Shown one piece after another: positions 25,501-38,720 of a DNA stretch of 64,000 bases (position 1 is its first letter; every line of letters begins with the position of its first letter). The notes below the pieces were generated by a model. That model saw nothing but the letters and a program-made list of their open reading frames with translations, made no database searches and was not told where the DNA came from. The DNA is from Lama glama. Lineage: Eukaryota. The position numbers and the translations under genes are program-made. Location: NCBI GenBank assembly GCA_028534125.1, contig CM052837.1, forward strand, positions 30,380,001 to 30,444,000, written 5' to 3'.

Positions 25501-28500
25501 CTCAGGCTGTGTGTTCGTGATCACACCAAAGCAGCAGCATCCAGTTAAAAGCGGAGGAAAAACAATCTTAACAATGTAAGAATTTCCAAAAGTCTAAACA
25601 TCCCTGGCCACGCCGCTCCCACAAATGGAAATGTTGTCAGATCTGCATCATAATTGATCCTCCAGATTTCCATCCACAAAAGAAGGATGTGGTCAAACAG
25701 AACAAACAACCGGGGAGCCTTTTTGCAAACTTTCCCCTCCCCTCCACCCAGCAAAGTTTAGCAACCAACATCCATTTCAGCATAATTGCCCAAGATACAA
25801 TCACAGTGGAGGTTTATGACATGTAACGAAGAGCAGGGGACAAGCAACCGGCACCATTTTTCCTCCTTGAGTTGTGAACTGCTGATAGATATTCACGGTA
25901 GAGGTTTTTTCCATAATTCTTTGATTCTTCAAAAGCTAAGCCATTTTGGGAGTCCAGGCTTTTTGCCCCTGCCCCTTACCCTTCACCCCTAAAATGAGGG
26001 GGAAGGGAGAAAGAGTGAAAATGAGGGGGAGTAAGAGAAAAAAGAAAAAAAATTGATACAGATAAAAGAAATTAAGCGAGCCATAAAGTCTCTTTATTTT
26101 AACTGGGTTGTAAGGTCCTGCTGTGCCGCACAAAGTCCAGCTGGGAGAGGGGCCCCTGCTGGGTGGCTAATTAAAACAATTATAAATACAAAGAAGGTAT
26201 CAATGGCATTCCAGGACTCAAACAAAGAGATAAAGCATTGAAGATTTAAATTGTCAATAGTCAATCTCTCTTCAGGAGGTTCTGAAGAGGAGTCAGTGTC
26301 CCCAGGACCCCCCAGTTCCTCCCTATACTGACTTATGTTTGGTTACTTGAGACCCTTCCTTCTGTTGGGCTGATAGACATCAAAATATGTCAGCGATGGA
26401 ATTAAGGGAAATTAATTTATAGGCACAAAGAGACTTCATTTTCCTAGCACGTCAGGATGGCAGATTTGAGTTTAAAAATACAATCCTGCATAGGGGAAAT
26501 CGATATTTTCAACATCAGAAAACAAAAGAGATTGTGAGACCTTTTGCCCTGATTCAAAGTGACAAAATGAAAGTCAATGTGAAATGTGATTAGAGAGCTT
26601 TCAAAAAGTACCGTGGGCAATTTTAGGAATGTTGAAAATGTGGTAAGTGTGCTAGAATACCACTTCGATATGTTTTTTTTTTTTAAAGTGAGCTGCAGAA
26701 TTAAATGTATTAGCCAACAAAAGTGAAAGTCTTTCTTAATTTCTTAGACCAAACTTTTTTTTTTCCTTTCTGGCTTTTATAGGCTGAACCCTAAAAGGAA
26801 CACTCAGAAGTATAATAACCTCGAGTTGCCTAAATTAGTTCTCTGATTGTGGTCAAGATCCTCAAGGTGTGAAACTGAAAGCCACAGGGAGCCTGTTCTC
26901 AGGGAAGTGTGGGGCCACTGTGAGTAGTTACAGAGCAGGACAGAGTAAGTGTCAGATGTGGATTAAAATGTGGGATGAGTGACGTTCCTGATTCCTGCAG
27001 ATACTGCCCTGCACACACCTCGCACCTTCTCAGCCTGTACGTGCTGAGCTAGCTCACTGCACTTTCAGGAACCTCGCTGGACTGAGTCCCCCTGAACAGA
27101 CTGCAAACGTTTCAAAGGGGCGTCCCTCGGGGAGGGTGGTCTGTTGGCTCTCACAAGCTGGGTGTGACCAGTGAGAGCCTGCACTTTGGGGCCGGTCAGC
27201 TGGGCTTCGGGAAAAAGACCCAAAAGCTCCGATTCTCCAAGGCTCACCCTCAAAAGGAGCAACGCTCCTTTTCATCTTCGAAAGAAAGTAAGTGGGGAAG
27301 CCAGTTAAGGAGGAAGGCAGTTAAGGTAGAGGAGCGGATAAGGACTCAGTGGGGGTCAGAGCCCTAGAGGCGCCCGCCCCCATCCTCCTCCCCAGCTCCT
27401 CCCCTCCCCCCCTCCTTTCTTGTTTTGCCTTCAGTTGCAAGGGGATTGAGACTTTCTTTGAGAATATCATTGCCCTCTCACTCTTCGACTTCGTGTTATT
27501 TCTTTAATCAAGTAGCTGGAAGATACGTCTCTTTCCTGGTGTCGAAACAGTATCAATAAAAAAGACCGAGAGACTGAACTGGCCCAAAGCATTTGCAACA
27601 TGTGATGATGATTAGTAAGAAGAAAGATAGGATTTGACCAGAATGACATTTTTTTCTAAGATAAAAATGTTGCTTTAAAAAAAAAAAAGTTGCCACCCAA
27701 AGCACCTTTGCTGATTTATGTATTGTTCAGTTATTATGTAACCAGAGTATTAATACAAAGCCCAGAAACTCCTCTAGTTATGAATGTTCAATTCAGAGCT
27801 TTTCTTGTGATTTGAACAAAACTCCACGCGAAAGGAAGCAAAGTGTGACAACTCTGCTCAACGCCAACAGAGGGCGGTCGATACTGGGATCTGTCACTTG
27901 AGTCTGGCCAAAATTTTTCGGCTAAGGCAAGACAAACTCAGACACACTCAGGCGGTGGAGCAAGTCTTCCAACAACATTGTGGCCCACGGCCCACATACT
28001 GTTGGCCAGGATGCGTACAAGTCATTAAACTAATCTTAAGACATTTCATCTTCCCACTTTGACACATAGACATTCATAATGACAAAAGCAAAACGTACGT
28101 GTCAAGCTATTGTCTATGTAGGATTCAAAGTCAGAAAATTATCACAAGGAGAGAATGTCCTTATTTTTGCACACGTCTGGGTGTCCTGTTGATGGCCTGT
28201 GATTTTCATGTGAGGAACGAACGCACTTCATAAATCACTATTTATCCCATAGCATTTCTCTTTGTTGCTTCCACTTCAGTAAAATCACAAAATAGGTAGT
28301 TACAGTCAAGTTTTTACATAATTTATATTCTACTGACCATAGACTGTAAAATATTTTTGTAAAGAGCCAGATAATAAATGAGGCTTTGTGGTCTACATAT
28401 GGGGTCTCTCACATATTCTTCTTGGTTTATTTTACAAACCTTTAAAAATATAAAAACCATTCTTAGTTCACAGGATAAATATAGCCCTCAGGCTGTTAGA

Positions 28501-30284
28501 AATAAAATTCTGTCATTTGTTGATGCCTGATATCGACAATAATCATCTTAAAGATAAAAAATATCAAGTCCAGCTACATTCAAAATATAAAAAATGTGAA
28601 CGTAGTCATTAAAAAATTAAATGTTAAAAAATACTTCATGAATGTTTTAAAATATTTTTCTACCAAAACATTCAAAATTATTTAAGATGGAATGGTAAAA
28701 TAGATAAGATAATTGAGATCAAGCTTTATATAAAGATTATTTAAATGAAGCTAACATATATGTAGTTAAAAGAATTCATTAAAGCCCATTAAATATTTGC
28801 TATTAAAAAAAACCCTATTTTCAATTCCAGCATTCAGTATTCATCTAGCTGCCAATGTTGTGAATCTAAGCATGTTACATCAAGACCAATATATAAACAA
28901 ATCGAAGAATAATATGAATTGTTTAATATCACATGTCGTCTGCTGCCATGTGCAACTGACGCAAATACCGTGCTCTTTGTAGGCACCTCCAGAATAATGA
29001 ATTGGGACACTGAGAAGCAAGAAAGGGGATGGTTGGTATTGCTGGGGAGATAGGCTATACAGGCATCCGATGCATTTACGGCGGGAGAAGGCTTCGACAG
29101 TTAATTCAGTTGTCTTTTCTCTTTCCTAAGTGCTTCCCCTGTTCAAATTCTCCCCGCACTGTGGAGCAGTGTCCTCTGATGCTGGCAGCAAGACGACAAC
29201 CAACCTTCAAGATGTTCAGAAGCAAGTGCTTCTTGCTTTGCAGAACAGGATCAGAGATGTGAAGTGTTCCCTGTGGCCTGAATGGTGTCAGGCACGAGCG
29301 TGGATGTTTAATGCCATGGGTTGCCCGTTGCTCTTCCTACCTGAGTCTAAAGAAAGACTGCAGGATAGGTTAAACAAACTCAAGTGGGAAGACAAGGGCC
29401 ACTGACACCAGGTGGCAGAATCAGAGAGATGACATGAAGTGGTGGAGATGTAGTGATCTGGGAAGCCCACATTCCTGTCTAAAGAAAACTGTCAAGATTC
29501 CGCCCTTACCAGTTATTGACAGGTAGGAAAGTGCACCTAATGTTGCTGGACTGTGTGATTTCTCAAGAGAATGCTAAACTCTGGGGTTTTATATGAAAAA
29601 AAATGATATTACAAATAATTCAAATTAAAAAAATTAAAAGGTACATTTGGAGGGATCACATCTTTAGGCTAGACTGATTCCCAAAGCCACCATGATCAGC
29701 CTTTTGGTCTACCACATGTTCCTGTCTGTGCTCATTTTGAAGCATTTATGATCATCAATTCTTCATTTTGGATAAATATGAAAGCAATGACAGAGTCAAA
29801 AGCATGGAAGACGAGGTATATGATTAGGTTAGAGAAGACAGTGAAGGTTATGTTTACACCTATCTGAACACAAGGGCTACACGTGTTCTGTTACTTAGAC
29901 TTAGCAGAACATGGACTCAGCAAGATCCTGTTTACAAGTAGAGAAGCCTCCATGTGAGGATATGTTAGTCTGTTTCTCTAAGTTCAGATAAATGTTTTAG
30001 AGATCTTCACTGTACTTCAACTAATTTTCAGTAATAGGAGAGTGAGTGGTGAAAAATGTGAGATGAGGGAGTGAAAGGATGAAGTGAGAGATCTATGGGG
30101 AGTATTTCCAGGAGAGAGGAAGACTCAGGGTGTGGGGGTGCATCCTGTGGTCCCAGAAGGGCTAGCAGAAGATATTTGGCCTGGGAGTCGGGGAAGGAGA
30201 AAAGAAAGGAAAGGTGTCCAGTTCTGTTCGAGGCATCTTGGGAGCACAGGTGAGAGGCCTATGGCGATGTCAAGAGGTCAGACT

Positions 30285-30480
30285 CCCAAGTTCAAAACCC
30301 AGCTTTAGTTGCTTCTGAAAAGTTGCTTCTCCCTCTGAACTTCTGTTTCATCATATGTAAGAGGGTGATAATTCTTACCTATCTCTGAGGGCTGCTCTGG
30401 GCAGTAAAGGAGCTAATCAAAGTCAAGGTCTAGTGCACATTCCTCAGTAAGTGCTCAATAAATGCTGCCTGTTGTTAGTA
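30285..30480 (+). mobile_element. MIR
   Basis: ttctgtttcatcatatgtaagaggg...cagtaagtgctcaataaatgct. Confidence 0.7.
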
Positions 30481-32304
30481 GGAGAGTCCCTGGGATTAGT
30501 GAAGGGAACTTGGAAATCATCAGCAGAAGGCAGGCAGCTGAAATCTGAAGACACCACCTTGGAAGGGGGCATACGTATTGGGGAGCATATGGACTTGGGG
30601 GAGTAGAGGAAGGAAGTGGAACCCTCAAAGGGGTCAGAGAAGGAACTATTAGGTAGGAGAATGGTCAAGAAAGGGTTAAGGGTTAAGAATTAAACTGGTT
30701 GATTTCCAAGTATTGAACCAACCTTGCATTCCTGAAATAATCCCATTTGGTCATGATGGATAGTGGGAAAGAGACACATTGGTCAGACCTCAATCTCAGG
30801 TTCCAGGATCCCTTTCCAGTCTCCAGGGTTCACAGAGACATGACCTTCTACACCCAAACAACACAACAGCTCCCTGAGACTTGGAAATAAACTAGAGGTC
30901 TTCAGGAGCAGTGATCTTTAAACTGTTTTTCTCTTATACTCTATAAATTAATTTTTTAAAAGTTTGTACTCCCTTGCATGTTTTAAAGTTGATATTTAGA
31001 AGATTTCCATATATTTAAATAGCTTAAAAGGATTCTGGGGCTTTATAATTTATTTGTTAGATCATTTCTTTAAATGTATTGAGAGTCATCTAAATATCAT
31101 ACATCCTTGACCTCCACTGTCATCCATTTAAATAACATATGAATAAGCTGTTCTTTAACAGTTGAAATTTTACCTCATTATTTAAGGAGTTTTTCTTAAA
31201 TAATAACTTCAATTCTACATCCTCATGGAATTTTATATTAATCTTATAAATATTTTTGGCTTAGAAGTCTTTTATTGGTCACCTTGTCAAACTTCTCAGC
31301 AAGGAAATTTATATATAAGTAAAAAAAAAAAGTTTAACTTCCTTTGGTCAAAATGGAGTTACTGTTACAATTATTAATTTTTGTGTAACTGATGAAAACA
31401 AGGTGAATGTTCTACAGAATTAGAACATCAGAAGTTGTATCATTGTTGAAGCTGGGTCATGGGTGCAGGGAGGACCACTGTGATTCTCCTTTGTACATGT
31501 TTGAAATTTTTCACAATAAAAAGTTTAAAAACATATTGAAGAAATAAGTATGCTATATTCTGGTTAAACATTCCTAAAGAAGAAATATAACATTTTATAG
31601 GCAGCAACATTTTAAATAGATGGATGTGACTTTTCATAAGGTCCCTTTCTTTGGTGCAGATCAAGTAGCAACTCCTATTACCAGGTTCTTGCGATCTTTC
31701 CAGGCATGTTGGGTGAATATATAAATATTCATTTTTTTGGATATACAAATGGTAGCATAATGAGCACATTCTGAGCACTATTTTTTTGCCTATATATCTT
31801 CTATGACTATGTCATATAATAATATATGTATATATACAGACAGACAGATACTTGCTTTCCATTTTTTAGAATGTCTTCAGAGAACTCCATGGAATGACTG
31901 AACCATAAGTTATTTAGCTAGCCTCTTTCCTACTTAGGAGCGTTTAAGTATTTTCCAACCTTTCACCTTTATAATCAGTGCTGCAGTGAATAACCTTCAC
32001 AAATATTGATTTTACACATTTTACTTCACAAATCTCTGATTTTATCCTAGAAAAAAACCCTGCAAGTTTTAACAGAAAAAATGCCCTCTTTCAATAGCTT
32101 AAAAAATGCCTTTCATAGACTTAAAAACTGGCCACAAGTGATTCTCTTGGCTCATTTTCAGATGGGCCCTTGTCCTCTTACTGCTTTTCTAATACAAACT
32201 AGCCAACCTCAGTGATCTAATACAAATCTCACTTCCTGTTATTTATTCTCCAAATATTTAAGCACAGCCGTTTGCTCCTTTTTCTGAAATGACAGAGAAG
32301 GGAG

Positions 32305-32520
32305 AGCTAGCATTTACTGAGAGTTTATGATACGCAGGTCATACTAAGAGATGTTATCTCATGGAGCCCTCACAACAACCCAATGACATGGACATTGTTT
32401 AAAAATAAGCAAACTAAGGCTCTGAGAGGTTAAGTCACTTGCTCAAGGACACACAGCTGATAAGTGGCAGACAAAGCGATTCATCGCAAGGTCTGTCTGA
32501 TTTCAAGAATTCACTCACTG
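32305..32520 (-). mobile_element. MIR
   Basis: aaactaaggctctgagaggttaagtcacttgctcaagg. Confidence 0.75.
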
Positions 32521-33479
32521 CATCAGGAGTCCTATAATATAAATTCATGCTATCCAAGCCAACACCGTCTTGTATGCTTTTAAAACTACTTTCAAACTGA
32601 TGGAAATATTTCTAAGATAGTACAGGAAGTTCTAGATATGCTTCACCCAACTTTTCCTAATTAATAAGCTAAGAAATTAACATTGGTATAACACATAACA
32701 CTATTAACTAAACTAGACATTTTATTTCTATTTTACCGGTTTTCCCTCTAAAGTACTTTTTTATTTTCTAATTTGGGATCCAATTCAGAATATTATATTT
32801 CCTGTAGGATTTTCTATTACTTTTGTTCTTTCTTTCCTGAATTTCTTAGCTCCCCCATTACTTCTTGAGAGTAAAAATGTTATAGAACATTTGAGTCCAT
32901 CCTAGTGCCCAAGAGCCAGTGCTGGACCCACAACAGTGGAGTCAACTGTGATGTGACATTTCATCAGGCTTGGCTTGATTTATGAAGGATCTGGCTGTAG
33001 AAGAAAACAGGTTTCCAGGGCTCTGGACTATCAGGTGTGCTAATGAATGTCCTGTGAAGCGGGGATGGCGGGGGGGGGGGGGGCGCCCATCAGCACCTCA
33101 TCACCTCGTCCGCCAGGCGCTGGAGGAAGAGGGAGATTTGTTCATAACACCAGGTCATTTCCTCCCTTCCTGTCCTGACCTCCCAGCTCTTTCAGCAGCA
33201 GCCAGCGAAGGCCATGGACAAGTCACTTAGTGACATCTTAAGGTGAGGCAAAGAACTGACAGGGCGTGCTGGTGCGACACTCAGAGGGGACCTTTTAAAT
33301 CCAGACTTCCCATCCTTGGCTGGGTTGCTGCACAGAAATATGAGAGGTCTAGACGCTGAATGGACATCAGAACATACTTAATAAAAAAGAAAATTTTGCT
33401 ATGTAATTTTACCGAATTCCCTGATTATTTAGTACTTACTACCCATACTAAGGTTTTTAAAATGTGTGAGGCTCATTCT

Positions 33480-34030
33480 TGATTCATTCAACAAATGTTT
33501 ACTGAATACTATGTTCCAGGCACTATTTCAGAGGCTGGGTATAAGCAATAAATGCTAGAAAAGAGCTTATAGGGATACAGAACGCAGACCAACAATCAAT
33601 CAATCAATCAACATAGTATATAAGGCAAGTGAAATGTTAGCCAATTGTGGTAAGTGTTACATTCATTTAGTAAGTATCTGAGCACCATCCTGTGCCAGGC
33701 ACTGATCTAAATCCTGGAGATGTGACAAGGAACAAAATAGTCCCTTAGCTTTGAGATAACAGAGATTCTAATAAAAGGGGAGGTGATTTTAAATAGAAGG
33801 GATCAGGGAAGGCCTCTCCAGGAGTATCCTTTAATCTGGGATCTAAAAGATAAAAAAGAGCTAGCCTTGGGAAGAGGGTGGAAGAAGTATGCCAAGCAAA
33901 TGGGGCAGCATGTGCAAAGATCCTGGGGTGGAAAAGAGGCCAGTAGTTCTGAAGAACTAATAGAAAAGAACATACTGGAGAGTGTGGGTTGAGCAAGGGT
34001 AGAAAGCAGCCATGGTATGGAATGAATATC
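33480..34030 (-). mobile_element. L2 fragments
   Basis: attcattcaacaaatgtttactgaat (L2 3' end) and tgagcaccatcctgtgccaggcactg...ggaaggcctct. Confidence 0.7.
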
Positions 34031-34271
34031 AGTCCATGGGAACGTGGAAGCCACTGGGCTAATTTATTGCCATTTTGCCATTTCCTAGAATCCCCTTCCC
34101 ATGGGTTCCAGGTCCTGCCAGTGGGAGGCACCCTTAAGAAACGTCGCTGGCAGAAGAAGAGAGGCTAGCTGGAGGCAGCTTTCTGGAGAATTTTGTGAGG
34201 TTTAACTGTGGTTAAAGGTTTTTAAAGGTTCCCAGTGGTTTTGGGCAAGCTTTTGAAAACTACCTAAGAGG

Positions 34272-34475
34272 GCAAGGGTTGACAATCTATGGCTCTCAGG
34301 CCAAATTCAGCCCACTGCCTGTTTTTGTAAATAAAGTTTTACTGGAACATGGCCACGTCCATTTGTTTGTATACTGTCTGTGTCTGCTCTTGGCTACGAC
34401 AGCAGAGCTGAATGGCCTGCAAAACCTGAAACCTTTTCTTTCTGGTCTTCTACAAAAAAGTTTGCCAACCCCGTG
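34272..34475. mobile_element. MER58A
   Basis: ggccaaattcagcccactgcctgtttttgtaaataaagttttactggaaca...aaaagtttgccaacccc. Confidence 0.82.
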
Positions 34476-34819
34476 CTAAGATGTGGCAGGACAGCATGTC
34501 AGAGGCTGGCCTTGAGCAAGGCTTCAGTTCTCCGTGCTCAAAGACAGGGTGATTTGAGTTATCCTGACCTGACCCTGACACCCAGCAGAAGTTTTATGCG
34601 AGGAAATGATGAGGTCCAGGTAATGTTTTAAGATTATATTTTTTGCTGCTGTTTAGAGGACAGATTGGAGGAAGGCAACTGGAAGTAGGGGATCCATAAA
34701 GAGGCAGATATTCAGGTGAGACATGATGATGTACCAGGGGGATGGTGGTGGGCTGAAAAGAGAAGATGCAAAATTTATTCTAGAGACACCCAACAGCAAC
34801 AGATAAAACTAGTGCTCAG

Positions 34820-35710
34820 ATTGTGCTTTCAAGCCCTATTCTCCAATAAAAAGAACCAAAGCTCCTTTGGGAAACGGTTGATCCCAGACTGAGGCAGGAA
34901 ATACACAAGAGGCACCAGGAACATCTTATGATACCAGAAATTAAGAAGTGCTTTAAAAAGTATGGGGCCATGTTGAAAACATAGGAGCCAACTTGAAGGA
35001 CCTCCCAATGGCCAAACCTCGAGCGAGCTGAACAATAAAGCAATGAGAACAATAAACGATTTAAGTCAATAAACAAATAAACGGGGGGGGGGGGGGAAGA
35101 CAGTACTTCTTTGGAGACATTCCAGTTAACAAATGTGAAAGAAATGATAGAAATTGAAAATCACCACTTGGCAAACCACAGGAGTAACTGTTACAGCCAA
35201 GAATCGTGGATGAATGCTAAAGTTAGTGGGCAGAAGAATGATGAGAAACAGGATATTTGCAGTCTTAAAGAATCTCCCCTTCTCTCCCCAAGATTCTTAT
35301 TAAGAACAAAGGGAAGAAGAGTAACTCTACAGTGAAGAAACTCGATGGACACCATCTTCACCAAGTTCCCAATTAAGGAACATTCTGCAAAACACTGGTC
35401 AGTGCTCTTTAAAAGTGTCAAGTTCCAGAAAGACAAAGACTGAGGATCTGTCAAAGGACAACTAATGCATGCGGGACACTGAACAGGATCCTGGACCAGA
35501 AAAGGGACCCGAGAGGGACAACTGGCAGATTTTGAATAAGGTCTGTGGATGAGGGGGCAGGAACGTAGCGAGGTGGCTCCATGCCCATAGCTGTCCTCTG
35601 CTCATGTCGGACGGTCGCGTTTGGAGAAGCTCGGTGGAGGGTCTTCCTGGAAATGCGACTATTTTTCCAACTCTTTTCTAAGTCTAAAATTATTTCAAAA
35701 TAAAATGTTG
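34820..35710 (+). mobile_element. L1MC4/5-like 3' region
   Basis: gatcctggaccagaaaaggg...ttttgaataaggtctgtgga...caactcttttctaagtctaaaattatttcaaaataaaa. Confidence 0.65.
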
Positions 35711-36651
35711 GAAGCTCCAGGGGAAAAAAAGACCTGGTTTGGAGAGAAGAGGAGCAAGATTGCAGATCATTGGGTGTGTAGGAAGAAAAGGGGAAGAAGT
35801 TACACTCTGCTTTGCATTGTTACCAAGTGAGGTAAGAAGATACAGATACACGTAAAAATGCCCTAATACTTAAGGAAGACGAGCTTATAACCACCCCTGA
35901 ACACTCTGTGTGTCTCTGCCCATAACACCCACTTATTTGTACCCAGTGGAATTGATTCTACACGTCAAGGCAGAGTTGTATGATTGGGCACCACCTCAAT
36001 CCTGAATTTCCAGAAGGGAGCAGGGGAAATTCTGCCAGGATTATGAGTTTATATGAACATATTCATCTTGAATATATACACGATATGCAAATGCCTATCT
36101 TGATTTCATTATCCGAAATGAGAATCTCTTGTGAATATTTTAGGAAAAACACTAGAATTAGCTAGTGTTTATTTTGTGCCTGTCCCAGAGCCTATTGTCA
36201 CAGACACTGTCACAATTTACTGGGGACATAACACAAAGATCCCAGTTATAGCCATCACTGAGTGAGCCCCTACCTGGGTCAGGTGCCAAATGCCACCCCT
36301 CCACGAACCCTGTGCCCATCATTTAGATGTGGACGCTGAGCTCCTGGGAAATTAACAGTCCTGCTCAAGATCCCCTGGTGCGAGGATGAGGCAAAGGCAT
36401 CTGAGGGTCACCGCCCCGGGCCTCTCAGCCAGTAAGTGGCAGAGCCGGACTGAGACGTGAAGCTAGGCTTCTAACCACAGTTGCAGGGACTCTGTTCTCT
36501 ACTCTCTCCACAACCAGCAGAAGGAGGGCCGCTCGGGGAGTGCTTCCAGTTTTGTCCAAGTCAGTGTGTTCGTTTGAGACAGCAACGTAACATGTTTGTA
36601 TATTATAGAGACTGGGCCCTCAAGCCCCTTATTTTGTATTTTAGCCACTCT

Positions 36652-36741
36652 TTTTCCATAGAGGTACTGGGGATTGAAACCAGGACCTCACGCATGCTAA
36701 GCACGCTCTCTCCCACTGACCGATACCACCCCCTCCACCCC
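36652..36741 (-). mobile_element. Short camelid tRNA-derived SINE
   Basis: gaggtactggggattgaaaccaggacctcacgcatgctaagc; 14-bp TSD attttagcc(a/g)ctct at 36638-36651 and 36742-36755. Confidence 0.85.
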
Positions 36742-38079
36742 ATTTTAGCCGCTCTCGTCAACACTTGGTATCACCAACTGTACAAGGTTTGCCCATCTTA
36801 TGGCTGGAAACTCTCTGTCCCCATCAAGTTCATTTTCTCGAGTCATCCCCTTGCAAATGGTACTGAGCACGTCCATCCTCTCCCGTCATCTTCCTGTCCA
36901 CGGCCTTTGTCACGTTTTCTCTGTCGGGTTCTCTTTTACTTACTCACTCGAAAGAGTCCTTTATGCACCCTGGATGTTAATAATTTGAAAAAGTAGGTGG
37001 CAAAGTTTTTGCCCAGTATCCTGCTTGTCTTTAAGTTTGCTATTTGGTGACTTTTACTGTTATTACTATCACTGGTGTTTGGAATTTGGAGCTGTCAGAC
37101 CTCTTTCTTTGACGGTATTTGGGTCTTCTGAATAAAGTCAAATGTATTTTTCCATATTTTCTTCCACGACTGTCAGTTTTGTTAATCAATGGGGATCTAT
37201 TTTTGTAATGGAAGCAGGGACTCTAACTTTACTTTTTCCCAGCTTGATAGTATATTTTCCTAGCCATATTGATTAAATTGTCCTTCGTCTTTCTTTTTCA
37301 GTTATATGTAAGATTTGAATCTTTTACAAATTTCCATGTATTATTTTTATAACAGCAATGACTGAAATACAATTACTTCAAAGGAATAAAATCATATATT
37401 GATGTCTCCCTCTCTCATGTCTCTCCGTGGCTCGCATAAAGCCAGCATAGTATGTGTTCAGTAAATATTTCTGAACTGAAGGCGTCAACTGTCTGTTTTC
37501 TCCAGACAGTCTTATGGGTGATATAATCTTTGTTAGCTGTGGTATCGTTACAGGCAGCTGGGGATAAGATCACATCATCAAGGATTTTGTGCTCTTACTG
37601 CCAGTTTTTCAGTTAGATTTTATAGAAACCCGTTCCATGGATATAAAGACAGAAAGATGGGGAACCAGGATTCTCTCTTTAACTAGTGAAATCAACACGC
37701 TGTCTGAAATCTTCAGATCCTCTTCAGCCCTTAAGTATCGATGGACGACTCATTTCACACATTTTTAACTACTCTTAAACGAAGCTACTCTGCAGCAATC
37801 CTGAATCTTCTCCCAAATAATTCAATGCGGATACAGAAATGAGAACAAGGAGTAGTCCTCAATAGACGCTAGAGAAGCATTTCTCTTTCCTTCCTTTTAA
37901 ACATGTACATTTTAAGGAATTGCTTCCCTCCATCTCCCCACCATACCGCACGGCTCTCACTCATTTTCTGACACGCTTTATCCACTGCAGCATTTCCAAT
38001 TTTCAGGTTGCCCTTAGTTACTGAAAATTCGGCAAAGCTGTACGTTTATTTTTTTTTTGTGGCGCCCATCTCATCCCCT

Positions 38080-38720
38080 TTCCTTGATCACTGTTGTGTT
38101 CAGCTTTCAAGAGGTACATTTAAATATAGGAGTAGAAACCATCTGTGAGGCTGTTAGTAATGAAAGGTAATCAATTAGAAATGGTTCCCTGCCCAGCAAT
38201 TTTCAAGCAGAGTCATCACCAAAAACCAATTACGCTGGCAGCGTTTGGTCATCACGAACGGCGCTGTCCAATTAGAAGTTACAGCATCTGCTGAGTCCTA
38301 TGATTTATTTACAAGTGGCATTTAATATTGATTAAAAAAATCAAGGCTCATGGTATAAATTCCCACCATCCTTGGGAAAACGGTCCAGATTTTTAATAAT
38401 TTCCCCTTTTGCTGGTTACTATAGTAATTATGAGCTAAATAAAGTAAAATTCTTTAGTAAAAAGCTAAATAAAATTTCAAATGATTTTATGTCTTGTGCC
38501 TCCTATGGTGCTGGATTAAGGCGTTGGGGGATTTCATTTTTGCAAACTGATATCTGGTCATCAGGACACTTTTTTTTGCCAATTTAAAATTTAATACACA
38601 TCACTTAACTACACAAAAATAGGATCATGTATTATGGATTTTTTAAAAGTCCTCCACTAATGTCATTAAAAGTTACTAAGGCAATAATGATAATCAGCTT
38701 ATCCAAATTAGCACAGTACT
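38080..38720. promoter_or_regulatory. Candidate conserved non-coding element / enhancer
   Basis: Repeat-free block with clustered CAATTA and TGATTTAT homeodomain motifs. Conservation not tested. Confidence 0.45.

Noticed and set aside
36481-36996. 171-aa plus-strand ORF
   Set aside because: Non-ATG start, and it runs through an antisense SINE and old repeat sequence.
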